IMG/VR virus record: IMGVR_UViG_3300037089_000506
DNA length: 64,000 nt
Reading direction: 5' to 3' (one strand)
Origin: a virus
Shown: in pieces, positions 1-9,925 of the stretch
How the letters are laid out: each line of letters starts with the position of its first letter
How positions within the stretch are numbered: the stretch's first letter is position 1
Translations under genes and position numbers: made by a program
Notes under the pieces: generated by a model
Told to the model about the DNA's origin: nothing
Database searches by the model: none
Seen by the model: the letters and a program-made list of their open reading frames with translations, nothing else

Positions 1-22
1 ATATACATATATTGGAGTTATT

Positions 23-1786
23 ATGGCATTACAACGTTTTGTTGAGACTTATATTTTTGATAGTGATACATATAATAAAATAGCAATATCTCATAAAATA
101 ACCGAATCAGAAATCCAGGCTATAAAAGGGCAAAGACTTTCTGAGTCTACTAAAAAGTTATTAGAAGATAATACTATTTTAGCTAATAAAACCGTCTGGA
201 GATTTCCCGTAGCCCGTTATGATAATATAAACCTTAATAATAGAAAATATGAAAAACGATTGTGGGATAGAGTAATAGCAGAACAAAAAGAAGTATACCA
301 AGGTGGGGCTGGACTAGAGGAGCATCCTGAAGGTGATAAAGACGGTAGAATTAGGGAGCAGGTAGTAGTTTGGCTTAATATGGGACTAAATGAGGCTGAA
401 AAAATAGTATGGGCAGAAGGTGTACTTGTAGGGGATGAAGGTAGACATATAGAAGAGATTCTTGAATGTGGTGGCAGAGTTGGTTTTAGTTCTTCCGGTT
501 TTGGCGAACTAGATGAATCAGACCATTCTACAGTACGTTGGGATTCTTATATGCTAGAAAGAGTAGCCGACACTGTATTAAACCCCTCACAAAAGGTATA
601 TGGTAATAGTACAATGAAAATAAAGAAAGAAACAGTTACAGTTCCTTCTGGTGAGCAAACTGCTGCCCCAGAACAAGTTGAATATGATAAAGACGCTATG
701 AATAATAATAAGAATGATTTCCCTCCAGAGTATTTAGGAAAAAAGCAGGAGAGCACGATGCCCGAAGTAAAGATGACAACACGAGAGTTAAGAAAATTCC
801 ATGAGGACGTAGTAGGATGGCTATCACAAGTTCCTCAAGAGGACCTTCAAGAGAAGCTTAATGAGCTTGAGCTTATTAAGTCATATTTTTCTCCTGGTGT
901 ACATCCTGACCTTCTAGCCAAGGTTGATGAGCAAATAGCCGAAACTCGTAAGGCTATTGACGATGCTATTAAAGAGCATACAAAAATAGCTACTACTTTT
1001 GGTACATCTACAGCAGAGAAACTAAAAGAAGGTGTAAAGAATTTAGCTGTAGATGCTAAACTCTATGAGAGGGATGCCCAAGATTGGCGAGAAATAGCTG
1101 AGAAGCTTCAAGAAAAGAATAAGATGCTTATGTCCGTTATTTCTTCTCGTCCTACTGCTGAGACATATAAAGAAATGTTAATTCAGATGAATACCATGAA
1201 AGAAGATTATATTTCAAAAGAAGCTTCTTTCGCTGAATATGCTAACTCTCTAAAAGCTAAAATTGTAGAGCACCAAAAATATGAGGAAATAATTATAGCG
1301 GAACTAGAAAAAATGAATGATGAGAATACTCGTATTAAAGAATATGTTGGTAGACTAAAAGAGTACGGACTAAAAATGAAAGAGAAGGTAGCAGTATATA
1401 AAACTGAACAAAAAAACTATGAAGAGGAAATTAAAATTGCTAATCTAGAAGAATCTACAATTCATTTTAGACCTCAAGGTCATGCGATAGATAATTTTGC
1501 TGGATTCAATGAGTCCGATGATGTTCAAGATTATTATGAAGACCTTGAAATGAGGTATGGAAAAGACGTAATAGATTTCAAGGAAGAGATTCTAGGATGT
1601 AAGACATTGAAAGAAGCAATGATAAAATTTAATAAAATTTTTGCTTCCTTAGGCTCGAATAGGACAAAAAGAGTATCAGAGGCATTGGAACCAGAAGAGA
1701 GAAAGAGAATTATTGAGTCTACTACTGGGGTAAAAATAAGAGACCACTCACGTTTTTCTAGCCGATTACCTTCTACATGGGTATAA
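23..1786 (+). CDS. Prohead protease (T4 gp21-like) fused to a long coiled-coil scaffold-like C-terminus
   Basis: N-terminal motifs NLNNRKYEKRLW, EEHP, GRVGFSSSGFGEL and D-x-V-x-NPS parallel gp21 (NRNKRLYP, GELNHP, GVSSRGLGSL, D-V-GPS). The C-terminal ~330 aa are Glu/Lys-rich heptads. Lies upstream of the capsid gene. Confidence 0.85.
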   Translation: MALQRFVETYIFDSDTYNKIAISHKITESEIQAIKGQRLSESTKKLLEDNTILANKTVWRFPVARYDNINLNNRKYEKRLWDRVIAEQKEVYQGGAGLEEHPEGDKDGRIREQVVVWLNMGLNEAEKIVWAEGVLVGDEGRHIEEILECGGRVGFSSSGFGELDESDHSTVRWDSYMLERVADTVLNPSQKVYGNSTMKIKKETVTVPSGEQTAAPEQVEYDKDAMNNNKNDFPPEYLGKKQESTMPEVKMTTRELRKFHEDVVGWLSQVPQEDLQEKLNELELIKSYFSPGVHPDLLAKVDEQIAETRKAIDDAIKEHTKIATTFGTSTAEKLKEGVKNLAVDAKLYERDAQDWREIAEKLQEKNKMLMSVISSRPTAETYKEMLIQMNTMKEDYISKEASFAEYANSLKAKIVEHQKYEEIIIAELEKMNDENTRIKEYVGRLKEYGLKMKEKVAVYKTEQKNYEEEIKIANLEESTIHFRPQGHAIDNFAGFNESDDVQDYYEDLEMRYGKDVIDFKEEILGCKTLKEAMIKFNKIFASLGSNRTKRVSEALEPEERKRIIESTTGVKIRDHSRFSSRLPSTWV

Positions 1787-1810
1787 AGATTAGGAATAGG
1801 AGAATATATA

Positions 1811-2233
1811 ATGCCTATAAGCGATGCTAGTTTCACTGATGTTAAATCTCCTCTTTCAACCTTAACGAAAATAATGAGGATGATAGAGCGAGGCTCTATA
1901 GAAGCACATTTCACCAATGAGAAGAATGAACCTACATTGAGTAGAGAATATGTTGAAATGGCTTTTCAAGACTTCGCTATACAGCAGCAGAATTCTCAAG
2001 TAATGAATAAATGGATAGCATTGGATACAAAGTTAGATAAGGCTATGCTAGAGTATGTATCAGAAGTAAAATTATTGATAGCTTCGGTTATACAGACAGG
2101 TACAGCGCAATCTTCAATGGAAGCGCCTACTACATTACCTGAAGCCCCTGGAGAGGGTATGGGTATGGAACCCTTGGGTTCAGCTAAACCTACATCTATG
2201 GATAGACAATTACCAGTAACTAGGGAAGAGTAG
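1811..2233 (+). CDS. Hypothetical protein in head gene cluster
   Basis: 140-aa ORF, AGGAG RBS, tightly packed between protease and capsid genes. Confidence 0.65.
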   Translation: MPISDASFTDVKSPLSTLTKIMRMIERGSIEAHFTNEKNEPTLSREYVEMAFQDFAIQQQNSQVMNKWIALDTKLDKAMLEYVSEVKLLIASVIQTGTAQSSMEAPTTLPEAPGEGMGMEPLGSAKPTSMDRQLPVTREE

Positions 2234-3301
2234 ATGGCATTGAATGAGTATGATATTGGCTCTAGGAACGTACACCATCATCCTCTGATGAGGTCAACTG
2301 ATATTGATGTTCCTGGTAATGCTATAGAATTTATTGATAGTGGTAATGTTGGTATGCATGATGATGGGTTTCATTTAGACCCACCAACACAATTTGAGTA
2401 TAGCCAGACTAATAGAAATGATTACGATAATGAGGAGACTATAGTGATTACGAAACAAACGGTGGATATGGTGGTAGAGGCTGGATTAAAAGCTAATCTG
2501 TCTTTTCCTAAAATAAAGGAATTCCTAGAGTGCTTAGGATCATGTAGTCCAGTATCAAATGGTACCTCTAAAGAAGGTAAGAATAGGAAAGCAGTAAAGC
2601 TTGATAAGTCTCAGGACTATGAAGAATATCCTGATGATAAGGGTGTGGATAGATTTAAGGATTCTATTATAGATAGAGGATTAAAATTAGGTTTAGCTTT
2701 TTCGGATATTAAGAATATACTAGAAGTAGCCGATAGTGGTAATCCTTCATTAAATCATTCATATCCCTATGAGAGTCAAGGGCATGTTGATGCTAAAGCT
2801 GCTATTAAAACCCCATGGCCACAAGGACATGCTGGTAGTGGTACTGAACCTAAACCAGGAGCAGAACAGGAATTCAGGTCTCCTACAAAAGGTAAAGATG
2901 GCTATGTGCAAGACGCTAAATACCCTGGAAAAGGACATACACCTCAGATGGAATCTATCATTAGGAAGTCTTTAGATATGGGATTAAGTTTCCCAGAAGT
3001 AAAGAAAGTATTAGAGGATATCCAATCCAAGCATGATGGTAAATATGGTGCTGGAGCTAATGAGGATCGTAATGAGGAGAAAGATACTGACAACTCTCCT
3101 GAGGCTGCTGAAGATGATGTAAAGAGAGGTAAGAATACCCAGATTGGTGAAAAGACTAAAAAAGTAAAGGGGGGATATGAGAACATCGGTAAGAAAAAGA
3201 ATGGTAGTAAGAAACATGGTATTGTAAGCAAGAAGAAAGCCGATGCACAAAGAGGTGCTATGTTTGCTAATAGGAAGCCAGGAGCTTCTTGGGGAAAATA
3301 A
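2234..3301 (+). CDS. Hypothetical head-cluster protein with three copies of a helical motif
   Basis: 355 aa. Repeats AGLKANLSFPKIKEFLE / RGLKLGLAFSDIKNILE / KSLDMGLSFPEVKKVLE; Lys-rich C-terminus. Confidence 0.65.
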   Translation: MALNEYDIGSRNVHHHPLMRSTDIDVPGNAIEFIDSGNVGMHDDGFHLDPPTQFEYSQTNRNDYDNEETIVITKQTVDMVVEAGLKANLSFPKIKEFLECLGSCSPVSNGTSKEGKNRKAVKLDKSQDYEEYPDDKGVDRFKDSIIDRGLKLGLAFSDIKNILEVADSGNPSLNHSYPYESQGHVDAKAAIKTPWPQGHAGSGTEPKPGAEQEFRSPTKGKDGYVQDAKYPGKGHTPQMESIIRKSLDMGLSFPEVKKVLEDIQSKHDGKYGAGANEDRNEEKDTDNSPEAAEDDVKRGKNTQIGEKTKKVKGGYENIGKKKNGSKKHGIVSKKKADAQRGAMFANRKPGASWGK

Positions 3302-3585
3302 TGAAACAGATACTAAAGACAATTAAGCTCATAGAAATGAGTACAGATGGATTTACTTCCATTGAGGACTTACTTTAATACCTAAATAATGATGAAGAAG
3401 CATTACAAAAATTTAAAGCTGACTATTGTGGTAGAAGGGCTGAGGATGAAGACGTAGTTAAAAAGGCTAATCAACTTTTAGCTTATGGTGATGGCCCTGT
3501 TTTAGATAGATATAAAGGAATCCCTGATTGGAGAGATTCAGATTGGGCTAGAAGAGATATGGCAGAGTTTGATCCAGGTAGATAA
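3301..3585 (+). pseudogene. 94-codon ORF interrupted by one in-frame TAA (3376-3378)
   Basis: ATG overlaps the upstream stop (TAATG). Reads MKQILKTIKLIEMSTDGFTSIEDLL*YLNNDEEALQKFKADYCGRRAEDEDVVKKANQLLAYGDGPVLDRYKGIPDWRDSDWARRDMAEFDPGR. Absent from the ORF track. Confidence 0.5.
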
Positions 3586-3771
3586 ACATATTAGGAATTA
3601 CATTACTAAATAATTAGAGTTTAGGGTTTGATTTTAATTGGAGTTAATATGCTCCAGAAATGTATCCCAATATGGATATATCTAAAACTAAAATAGTTTT
3701 ACGTTGATTAAATCTACAATTTATTCCCCTAACTGTTATGTACTCGTGTTTTTATTAAAAGGGAGAATTTT

Positions 3772-5274
3772 ATGGGTATGAGAAGTGCAATGAGAGAATC
3801 AGTACGTAAAACTACTTATGATGAGGCCACTATTGAGGCTTTGAATGAGAAGACTAATCGTGCTGATAGATATGTAGAGAAATGGTCGAGAGTTCCAGAG
3901 ATTGGACCCGGCCTTAAAACAATGAACGAGCGGAAGGCTCGAAACTTAGCTATTCTTTTGGAGAATCAGGCTAGAGCAATGGCACGATTATCTGAGGCTA
4001 CATACAGCTCAGCTTTCGCTGCTACTCCTGAGAACATGATTCGTTTGGTAAGGCTTGCTTATCCAAACTCAATTCGTGATAAACTCTTTACTGAGTTTGC
4101 TATGGAGACAGCTAAGGATTCAATCAAGTATATCAAGCCTATATATACAGCAAATACTAACATCAATCGTGATGATTCATTTGCTGGTGCTGGTTTGAAT
4201 TTTAACCCTAACGTAACATATGAGTCAAAGCAATCAAGGTTCCCAACTGAGATGGCAAACTGCCCATCAATCTCTGGTTCCGTAGGCTCAAACTTCACTC
4301 TTACCTTCCAGGCTAGTGAGTTTACACAAGGCTTCATTCCTGGTTATACAATTCTCTATGATGTGAACGGCAACGTATTAGCATATGAGAATAAGCCTGG
4401 TGGAGCTACAGCTAACTGGGTAATAGCTTCAACTTCTGGTATTACTTCTATAGCTATTGATACTACATCAACGGTATATACTATCGCTGTAGCCTCTGGT
4501 GGTACTGCAATAGCTAACGCTATTGGTAGGTATAACTCAGAGAAGGACTTAACTGGAACCTACTTAGGCGAAGTTGAGTTGACAATGCTTTCCTACCAGT
4601 TCCAAGTTCGTCCTATGACGCTTGGTGTAACATGGACAACACTTTCTGAGCTAGTATTAGACTCCACAGTCGGTGTTAGCACAGAAGAAGTCATCATGGA
4701 TGCTGCTGGACAGGAAATCAAGAAATCACTAGACTTCTTCGCAGTAAAGGTTGCTTATGCATCTGCTACTACGAACGGTTATGCTCCTATCGTTTTCGAT
4801 GCTGAGGCTGGTGCTGGTACACAAGACAGCTATATCCATACTGCACAGACTATTTCCCAAGCAATTGAGAGAGTCGGTGACGTTATGTACAACGCATTAA
4901 ACCGTGGTGGTGTATCTCGTCTTGTTGGTGGTCCTGCTGCTGTTACTTACCTTCGTCTTAATGCTGGATTTACCACAAAGGGTCAACAGCCCCGTATTGG
5001 TGGATATCAGGTTGGCGAGTTGTACGGTATTCCAGTATTCAAGGTACCTAAAGCAATATTACCTGAAAATACACTGATGTGTGTGTGGAAGAACGAGAAT
5101 AACGAGGCTGACGTTTCTGTAGCTTTTGGTACTCTAGTTCCATTCTTCTCAACTGGTGCTCTACAGAGGAAGAACTTCTATAAGGAAGCTGGACTAGCTT
5201 CTTTTGGTGACTACGTAATATTAAATCCTGGATATTTTGGATTAATACAGATTACTAACATAAGAGGGCTCTAA
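3772..5274 (+). CDS. Major capsid protein (T4 gp23-like)
   Basis: 500 aa. LAILLENQ, IRLVRLAYPN and VRPMTLGVTWTTLSELVLDSTVGVSTEEVIMDAAGQEIKKSLD match the gp23 pattern. AAGGGAG RBS; strong terminator follows. Confidence 0.92.
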   Translation: MGMRSAMRESVRKTTYDEATIEALNEKTNRADRYVEKWSRVPEIGPGLKTMNERKARNLAILLENQARAMARLSEATYSSAFAATPENMIRLVRLAYPNSIRDKLFTEFAMETAKDSIKYIKPIYTANTNINRDDSFAGAGLNFNPNVTYESKQSRFPTEMANCPSISGSVGSNFTLTFQASEFTQGFIPGYTILYDVNGNVLAYENKPGGATANWVIASTSGITSIAIDTTSTVYTIAVASGGTAIANAIGRYNSEKDLTGTYLGEVELTMLSYQFQVRPMTLGVTWTTLSELVLDSTVGVSTEEVIMDAAGQEIKKSLDFFAVKVAYASATTNGYAPIVFDAEAGAGTQDSYIHTAQTISQAIERVGDVMYNALNRGGVSRLVGGPAAVTYLRLNAGFTTKGQQPRIGGYQVGELYGIPVFKVPKAILPENTLMCVWKNENNEADVSVAFGTLVPFFSTGALQRKNFYKEAGLASFGDYVILNPGYFGLIQITNIRGL

Positions 5275-5299
5275 TCCTTAATCTGAATTGAACAAATAT

Positions 5300-5330
5300 A
5301 AAAGAGAGAGAGGAAACTCTCTCTCTTTTT
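5300..5330 (+). terminator. Rho-independent terminator after MCP
   Basis: AAAAGAGAGAGAG-GAAA-CTCTCTCTCTTTTT perfect hairpin plus T run. Confidence 0.92.
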
Positions 5331-5351
5331 ATACTTATTCCTCTTCTACAT

Positions 5352-5359
5352 ACTAACTA
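5352..5359 (+). promoter_or_regulatory. Putative late-promoter motif ACTAACTA
   Basis: Recurrent motif, 5 nt before ATG 5365. Confidence 0.6.
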
Positions 5360-5364
5360 TACAT

Positions 5365-6330
5365 ATGGAGAATAAGGATATGGAAAGATGCTGTGATATT
5401 TGTGGTAAACTTCTTAAGAAGGATCAAAGCAAGACTTGTTCCTATGAATGTAGAAACAAGTATATAAGTAAGATAAGGAAAGAGGAGGGTCAAGAACGTA
5501 TTTGTCTGGTATGTGATACTATTTTCACTGTTAAAAAGAAAAGTAGTAAAAAAGAGTGCTGCTCCAGAAGTTGTGCTGTTACTCTAGGGCATCAAAGACA
5601 AGAATCTTTATTTCAATCCAGGATGGAAGAAACAAAAACATGTATAGTTTGTGGTAATACTTTATATAGGAATAGACATGATACAGATAAGAGATGGTCA
5701 GGGCGGCATATTTGTAGCAAAAAGTGTGTTATGGTACATGTTCATAATGATCCATTAAGAATGAATAAAATAAGAAAAACCAACCAAGAAAAGTATGGGG
5801 TTAACTATACTACTCAGGATATTAGCATTCAAAATAAAATTAAAAGCAGTCTTTATAATAAGTATGGAGTTGATAACCCATCAAGAATACCTGAAGTAAG
5901 ACAGAAAATAAGAGAGTATACTATAGAAAGAGTGATAAAAAATAATGGTAATTGTTTTCCTAATTATTCTTCTCGGGCTTGTAGCATATTTGAACAATTA
6001 GATAAAAAATTTGGGTTTATTTCATCTAAAGATTCTTTTTTTGCTGAATCTGGCGGGGGTGAATATAGAATACCCCAATATGGTTATTTTTTAGATTATA
6101 TTAACTTCAAACTCAAAGTAATAATAGAATGGGAGGATAGGACTCATTATGAGAATGATAGTAAACGAACAAAAAAGTCCCAGTTGAGGGAGCAAGAAAT
6201 AAAGTATCAAGCCATGAAAGATTATATTTATCTCTCTATAGATGATAGAAAAAGTGATGAAGAGATAATAAATAAACTATCTAGAATATTTATGAGGATA
6301 ACAAAAAAAGGGCTAAAAAAATCCCTGTAA
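5365..6330 (+). CDS. Putative free-standing homing endonuclease (Cys-rich Zn repeats plus PD-(D/E)xK/Vsr-like C-terminus)
   Basis: Three CxxC...CSxxC repeats, KYGVxN repeats, C-terminal LDYINFKLKVIIEWEDRTHY nuclease-like motif. Sits directly after the MCP terminator. Confidence 0.65.
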   Translation: MENKDMERCCDICGKLLKKDQSKTCSYECRNKYISKIRKEEGQERICLVCDTIFTVKKKSSKKECCSRSCAVTLGHQRQESLFQSRMEETKTCIVCGNTLYRNRHDTDKRWSGRHICSKKCVMVHVHNDPLRMNKIRKTNQEKYGVNYTTQDISIQNKIKSSLYNKYGVDNPSRIPEVRQKIREYTIERVIKNNGNCFPNYSSRACSIFEQLDKKFGFISSKDSFFAESGGGEYRIPQYGYFLDYINFKLKVIIEWEDRTHYENDSKRTKKSQLREQEIKYQAMKDYIYLSIDDRKSDEEIINKLSRIFMRITKKGLKKSL

Positions 6331-6349
6331 TCTTAGTATTGTTTGAACT

Positions 6350-6376
6350 AAACCCTATCTTCGGATAGGGTTTTTT
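6350..6376 (+). terminator. Rho-independent terminator
   Basis: AAACCCTATC-TTCG-GATAGGGTTT then T run. Confidence 0.9.
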
Positions 6377-6383
6377 ATTGCTA

Positions 6384-6417
6384 TTGACAAAACATGAAAA
6401 AACCCTTATACTAATTA
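6384..6417 (+). promoter_or_regulatory. Sigma70 promoter overlapping the ACTAATTA motif
   Basis: TTGACA 6384-6389, 17 nt, TATACT 6407-6412; ACTAATTA 6410-6417. Confidence 0.85.
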
Positions 6418-6433
6418 TAGGGAAGTATCCGAA

Positions 6434-8215
6434 ATGGAACTATCAAAAGAAGAACTCATTATTTGGTTAAATACAGTATTAAGAAATAAAAAAGGAATCA
6501 TTGATTCTAACAAAGTAAGGTCTTTGAAATATAAAGAATATATTGATGGATTAAAATCTTTGATAAAGGGTAACTATACATTTTTACAACGAATATGGCT
6601 TATTGATAGAAACCTTACAGAACCCCTAAAGTGTTCTTGTGGAAAAGAAGTTATATGGGTACAGGGTCATAGGGAATATTCTAAATATTGTAGTGCTGAT
6701 TGCGCAAAAAGGGACCCTGAGGTTATACAGAAAAGAAAAGATACAAACCTTCTAAAATATGGATGCGTTGCTCCTTTACAGAATAAAGAAATACAAAGTA
6801 AAGTTCAAAAAACAAATTTAGAGCGTTATGGGGCTAAAAGTTCTTTTGAACGTAAAGATTTTAGAGAGAAGTCAATAAAAACAATGATGAAGAATTATGG
6901 TGTTGATAATCCACAAAAAAATAAGGATATAAGGGAAAAGACAAATAAAACAAATATGGAGAGATATGGGTCTTCTTCACCCTTACATGGTAATACAGCA
7001 TATAAATCTAAAAAAACAATGATAGAAAAGTATGGAGTAGAGTTTGCTTTTCAGAATAAAGAACTTTTTGAAAAGTTTAAAAATACAATGATACAAGTAT
7101 ATGGAACAGAACATGCATTACAAAATAAAGAGATAATTAATAAAGAGATAGAGAAAAGATTTAAAAAGCTTTATGAAAAAATACTATCTGGTGAAAGAAC
7201 TGATAGTAAAGTAATTCCTCTTTTTACTTATAATAATTACAAAGGAACAGAATACACCTATACTTGGAAATGTGTTGAGTGTGGCAATGAGTTTGAGTAT
7301 CATTTGCAAGATGGTCGTATCCCCAGATGTATAAAATGTTATCCTTTAATGACTTCAGTATCCTCTTCTGAAATAGAGATAAAATCTTATTTGGAACAGT
7401 GGGGAATAAAAAATATTATAAGTTCGGATAGAAGTATAATACCTCCGTTAGAACTTGATATATATTTACCAGATAAGAAACTTGCTATAGAGTTTAATGG
7501 CCTATACTGGCATTCTGAAATAGCAGGAAGAAAAAATAAAAATTATCATCTTAATAAACTTAATTTATGTGCTGATAAAGGTATAGAACTTATACAAATA
7601 TTTGAAGATGAATGGATACAGAAAAAAAATATAGTATTGGCATTATTAAAAAGTAAGCTTGGTATCATTACTAATAAGTATCATGCTCGTAAATTAAAAA
7701 TAAAAATAGTGGATAGTAATATAGAAAGAGTCTTTTTAGACTCATATCACATCCAAGGGTATTACCCATCTTTTATTGTTTTAGGTTTATACAATAAGGA
7801 AGAATTAATATCATTAGCTTCCTTTATAAAAGCAAGATATAGAAGAAATTCCGAATGGGAACTATTACGATATGTAACCAAAGCAGACTGTCAGGTTATT
7901 GGGGGACTCTCAAAACTCCTATCATATTTCAGAAAAAGGTATATAGGTTCAATTGTGTCTTATTGCGATAAAAGATTATTTAATGGTAAGGGGTATGAAG
8001 CTGTAGGGTTTACAAAACTTAAAGATTCTTTACCTAATTATTATTATACTAAAAACTATACTAATCGTAGCTCACGAGTACAGTTTCAAAAACATAAACT
8101 CAAGAAAAAATTAGAATCATTTGACTTCACTCTAACTGAATGGGAAAATATGCAAATAAATGGATATGATAGAATTTGGGATTGTGGGAATATGGTATAT
8201 GAACTTATCCCCTAG
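6434..8215 (+). CDS. Hef-like homing endonuclease-like protein
   Basis: Five-plus (K/R)YGV/C/S repeats, CxxC pairs, ELDIYLPDKKLAIEFNGLYWHS PD-(D/E)xK motif, C-terminal YCDKRLFNGKGYEAVGF...IWDCG domain. Confidence 0.7.
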   Translation: MELSKEELIIWLNTVLRNKKGIIDSNKVRSLKYKEYIDGLKSLIKGNYTFLQRIWLIDRNLTEPLKCSCGKEVIWVQGHREYSKYCSADCAKRDPEVIQKRKDTNLLKYGCVAPLQNKEIQSKVQKTNLERYGAKSSFERKDFREKSIKTMMKNYGVDNPQKNKDIREKTNKTNMERYGSSSPLHGNTAYKSKKTMIEKYGVEFAFQNKELFEKFKNTMIQVYGTEHALQNKEIINKEIEKRFKKLYEKILSGERTDSKVIPLFTYNNYKGTEYTYTWKCVECGNEFEYHLQDGRIPRCIKCYPLMTSVSSSEIEIKSYLEQWGIKNIISSDRSIIPPLELDIYLPDKKLAIEFNGLYWHSEIAGRKNKNYHLNKLNLCADKGIELIQIFEDEWIQKKNIVLALLKSKLGIITNKYHARKLKIKIVDSNIERVFLDSYHIQGYYPSFIVLGLYNKEELISLASFIKARYRRNSEWELLRYVTKADCQVIGGLSKLLSYFRKRYIGSIVSYCDKRLFNGKGYEAVGFTKLKDSLPNYYYTKNYTNRSSRVQFQKHKLKKKLESFDFTLTEWENMQINGYDRIWDCGNMVYELIP

Positions 8216-8242
8216 AATAAGGATGTTTTTATTAAAATAGCA

Positions 8243-8250
8243 ACTAATTA
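8243..8250 (+). promoter_or_regulatory. Putative late-promoter motif ACTAATTA
   Basis: Upstream of RBS GAGGA and ATG 8267. Confidence 0.65.
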
Positions 8251-8266
8251 GAAAAGAGGAATAATA

Positions 8267-9892
8267 ATGGCTTTAATTCAGAATATGGGAAGAAACTTTA
8301 GCATACAGTATGGTACACAAGCTGTATACCAGTTTTCTATTCGATTTACAACACAGTACTCTACATCTGTAATTCCAATAACATCTTATACTTCTACTAC
8401 TCCTACTGATATACCTGTAGCAGGGACAATAATAATAGCAGGAACTACGATAACATTGAATGCTAATGATGTTTTATCTCCACAGGCTGTAGCATTAAAA
8501 ATAAAATCTTTTGGAGTTACCGGATTTAATGTAGGTATTGACTCATTCAATCCTTTTATTGTGAAGCTTCAGTCAACTACCTATGGGCCTATCTCAAAGC
8601 CTACTATTGCTTTAGGAACAGCAACTAATATACTTTTCTATGATATGAGCTTTGTTCAGGGTGTTGCGTGCCCTAACTCAAATTATCCTGTGCAGACTAT
8701 CACCTTCGGAGGTACCACTGCTGGTGGTGGTACTACCATAGTTGTAGATGGCGTAAACGTAACTGTCTCTAACGGCTTTACTCCTATACAAGCTGCTGCT
8801 GCTGTAGCTGCCACTTCCTTTGTATCTTCAGCAACCACTTCTGGTGAGGGCTGGACTGTACTAGCTTCAGGGCCTACGTGTACTTTTACTGGAACGATTC
8901 CAGGACCCGTAGCAGGAATTATAGTATCAATGGGAACCACTACAGGTGTAACATGTAGTAACTTTGTATTACCTGTCCAAACTATTACTTTCGCTGGTAC
9001 TACTGTAGCTGGTGGAACTACTGTCACTGTTGATGGTATTTCTGTAACTGTATCTGGCGGTAATACCCCATTACAGGTAGCCAATGCGGTTGTAGCTACT
9101 TCTCTAACTGGTGGTACTTCTGGTGAGACATGGACACCAACCAATGGTGGTGGTACTCTAACTACGGTAACATTGACAGGAACTACAGCAAAGCTTATAT
9201 CCCCTGTAGTAATTTCAATGGGTTCAATAACTGGTGTTACTTGTAATGCTGATATTCTACCTGTTCAAAATATAGTATTTGTAGGTTCTGTTGTAGCTGT
9301 TGGAACTACAATAACTGTAGATGGTAAAGCTACCACAGTATCTTTAGGTGATAGTCCTGCTACAGTAGCCACAAAAGTAGCAGCCACTTCTTATGCTTCT
9401 GGTACAACTTCAGGCGAGGCATGGACTACATCAAGGACAAACGCTATTGTAACTTTAACAGGAACAGTCCCTGCTACAATTGCTGGTGTAGCAGTTTCAA
9501 TGGGAACGATTACTGGTGTGTCTACCCCTGCTTATGCATATGTTACTACTCCTGGTTCCAATACTGCTACTCAGACCACCCCTGGTTCTAATCAGGCTGT
9601 GGTAGTGAATGCTGGCTCCTTAGTAACAAACTTGGATGATATTTGGATCGGTGGCAGAACTCCTATTACTTTATGGACAGAATCAAGCAATGTAACCTAT
9701 ACAGTATCTACCTCTGATGGTACTCCAATTGAGCAACAGACAGGAGCATTAGTCTATGGTTCCTCACTCTCTTTGACTACAGTAAATGGGCTTACTAACG
9801 CTATTACATTAACAGCACCTTCAAATTATGTTAGAGTATCTGTATCTAATGTTTTATCTAACTCGTATGTAGAGTTGCATTTATCAAGATAA
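8267..9892 (+). CDS. Virion structural protein with tandem beta-rich ~95-aa domains
   Basis: 541 aa, Thr/Gly/Val/Ala-rich, with three repeats starting PVQTITF/PVQNIVF. Confidence 0.7.
   Translation: MALIQNMGRNFSIQYGTQAVYQFSIRFTTQYSTSVIPITSYTSTTPTDIPVAGTIIIAGTTITLNANDVLSPQAVALKIKSFGVTGFNVGIDSFNPFIVKLQSTTYGPISKPTIALGTATNILFYDMSFVQGVACPNSNYPVQTITFGGTTAGGGTTIVVDGVNVTVSNGFTPIQAAAAVAATSFVSSATTSGEGWTVLASGPTCTFTGTIPGPVAGIIVSMGTTTGVTCSNFVLPVQTITFAGTTVAGGTTVTVDGISVTVSGGNTPLQVANAVVATSLTGGTSGETWTPTNGGGTLTTVTLTGTTAKLISPVVISMGSITGVTCNADILPVQNIVFVGSVVAVGTTITVDGKATTVSLGDSPATVATKVAATSYASGTTSGEAWTTSRTNAIVTLTGTVPATIAGVAVSMGTITGVSTPAYAYVTTPGSNTATQTTPGSNQAVVVNAGSLVTNLDDIWIGGRTPITLWTESSNVTYTVSTSDGTPIEQQTGALVYGSSLSLTTVNGLTNAITLTAPSNYVRVSVSNVLSNSYVELHLSR
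8687..9520 (+). repeat. Three diverged ~285-288 bp intragenic repeats
   Basis: Units start at 8687, 8972 and 9260: PVQxIxFxGxxxxxGTTxxVDG...TSGExWT...SMGxxTGV. Confidence 0.85.
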
Positions 9893-9896
9893 TAAA

Positions 9897-9925
9897 AAAG
9901 GGTATCGATTAAATCGATACCCTTT
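9897..9925. terminator. Bidirectional terminator between convergent genes
   Basis: AAAGGGTATCGAT-TAA-ATCGATACCCTTT flanked by A and T runs. Confidence 0.85.
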
